DNA of 27,533 nucleotides from Nitrospinota bacterium (GTDB lineage Bacteria; Nitrospinota; Nitrospinia; Nitrospinales; VA-1). Shown here piece after piece: positions 26,900 through 27,533 of the stretch. Positions within the stretch are counted from its first letter, which is position 1; the number at the start of each line of letters is the position of its first letter. The translations under genes were made by a program, and so were the position numbers. The notes beneath the pieces were generated by a model, which searched no databases, was not told the origin of the DNA, and was given only the letters and a program-made list of their open reading frames with translations. The stretch is from positions 1 through 27,533 of the forward strand of contig JAYNIA010000036.1 in assembly GCA_038108555.1 (NCBI GenBank), written 5' to 3'.

Positions 26900-27018
26900 C
26901 GGAGGTCTGCTTGCCTTTCAGCAAGCCGGGCCAGCCTTCCTGGTTGTAGGATGCGAGCCCATGGGGTTGTTGTGCTGGGGTTCACCAAACAACCCTGAAG
27001 GCATGGCCTTGCGGGGAA
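26896..27018 (-). ncRNA. Candidate structured RNA between the htrA stop and its terminator (family not recognised)
   Basis: ~60% GC by hand count; long stem 26929-26939/26997-27008, inner helices, GAAA-capped hairpin 26909-26926. Confidence 0.45.
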
Positions 27019-27533
27019 TCAGGCTTGTTTTTCTTCTTTCATTTTATCTATGGTGACATCGAGAGACTTGTTATGCCCCTCTCGAATGATTTCCACTTTT
27101 ACAGATTTTCCCGGCTCGACAGCAGCAACTTGTTTGGGTAAATTTTCAACAGAAACAATTTCTTTTCCGTTGAACTTGACAATGACATCGCCTCTTTTGA
27201 GTCCGCCTTTAGCTGCAGGTCCATTGGGAACCACGTCATTGACCAGTGCCCCATGGGAATCAGACAGTTTGAAAGTTTCAGCGAGCTCGGGGGTGATTTT
27301 CTGAATCATGACTCCCAGCCAGCCGCGTGTGACTTTACCGTCCTTTTTCAATTCATCGAGAATGTCACTTGCCATGTTGATAGGAATGGTAAAGCCGATT
27401 CCCACATTTCCACCGGTGCGGGAAAAAATAGCCGTGTTGATACCAATGACCTCACCGCTCATATTGAGTAAGGGGCCACCACTGTTTCCCGGGTTGATAG
27501 AGGCATCGGTTTGGATGAATTCATCGTAAGGTC
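27019..27533 (-). CDS. HtrA/DegP-family serine protease with a single PDZ domain; 5' part outside the window
   Basis: Frame open to the window edge: [22 protein letters not shown] (catalytic Ser), then RGWLGV PDZ; stop directly after the first PDZ. Confidence 0.94.
   Translation of the reverse strand, partial: PYDEFIQTDASINPGNSGGPLLNMSGEVIGINTAIFSRTGGNVGIGFTIPINMASDILDELKKDGKVTRGWLGVMIQKITPELAETFKLSDSHGALVNDVVPNGPAAKGGLKRGDVIVKFNGKEIVSVENLPKQVAAVEPGKSVKVEIIREGHNKSLDVTIDKMKEEKQA

Noticed and set aside
26971..27012. Resemblance to a fluoride riboswitch (GTGCTGGGGTTCACC...AACC...ATGGCCTTGC) on the plus strand
   Set aside because: The conserved GGxGAUG start is mismatched, it points into the 3' end of a convergent gene, and no fluoride-related gene follows.
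26896..27018. SRP RNA, 6S RNA or hammerhead/HDV ribozyme identity
   Set aside because: No CAGG-GGAA-AGCAG SRP core, no CUGANGA hammerhead core, no convincing HDV nested pseudoknot, and the layout lacks the 6S closing stem and central bubble.
74..27529. Many antisense or alternate-frame ORFs in the track (e.g. 91-591, 736-1158, 12419-12979, 14694-15146, 25243-25740)
   Set aside because: Shadows of well-supported genes; no recognisable motifs of their own.

Overview
Bacterial chromosomal window of roughly 40-45% GC. The gene set and style suggest a Nitrospinota/deltaproteobacteria-like organism, which is inference only. Left to right: a 3'-truncated ECF sigma factor and a secreted 11-aa-repeat protein under a likely ECF promoter; a conserved hypothetical; lpdA; a translationally coupled operon of a GT-C glycosyltransferase, a TPR protein and a TMTC-like GT-C-TPR protein; a CHASE3-HAMP-PAS hybrid kinase under a sigma54 consensus promoter; a cNMP-binding protein; tRNA-Pro(CGG); radical SAM, FmdB zinc ribbon, cmoA, leuA; gltBD under a sigma54-type promoter; a Type IIG-like restriction-modification (RM) gene; and the 3' part of an HtrA protease. 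Main points of interest: (1) the three RM 'ORFs' are one 1357-codon frame broken only by two TAA codons, bracketed by ~46-bp inverted hairpin repeats and carrying an AT-rich specificity segment; (2) cmoA appears to start at ATT; (3) an unannotated GC-rich structured RNA candidate lies behind htrA; (4) the GT-C/TPR operon may be a protein glycosylation system. Several lesions fit G>T changes, so a sequencing or damage artefact has to be excluded.
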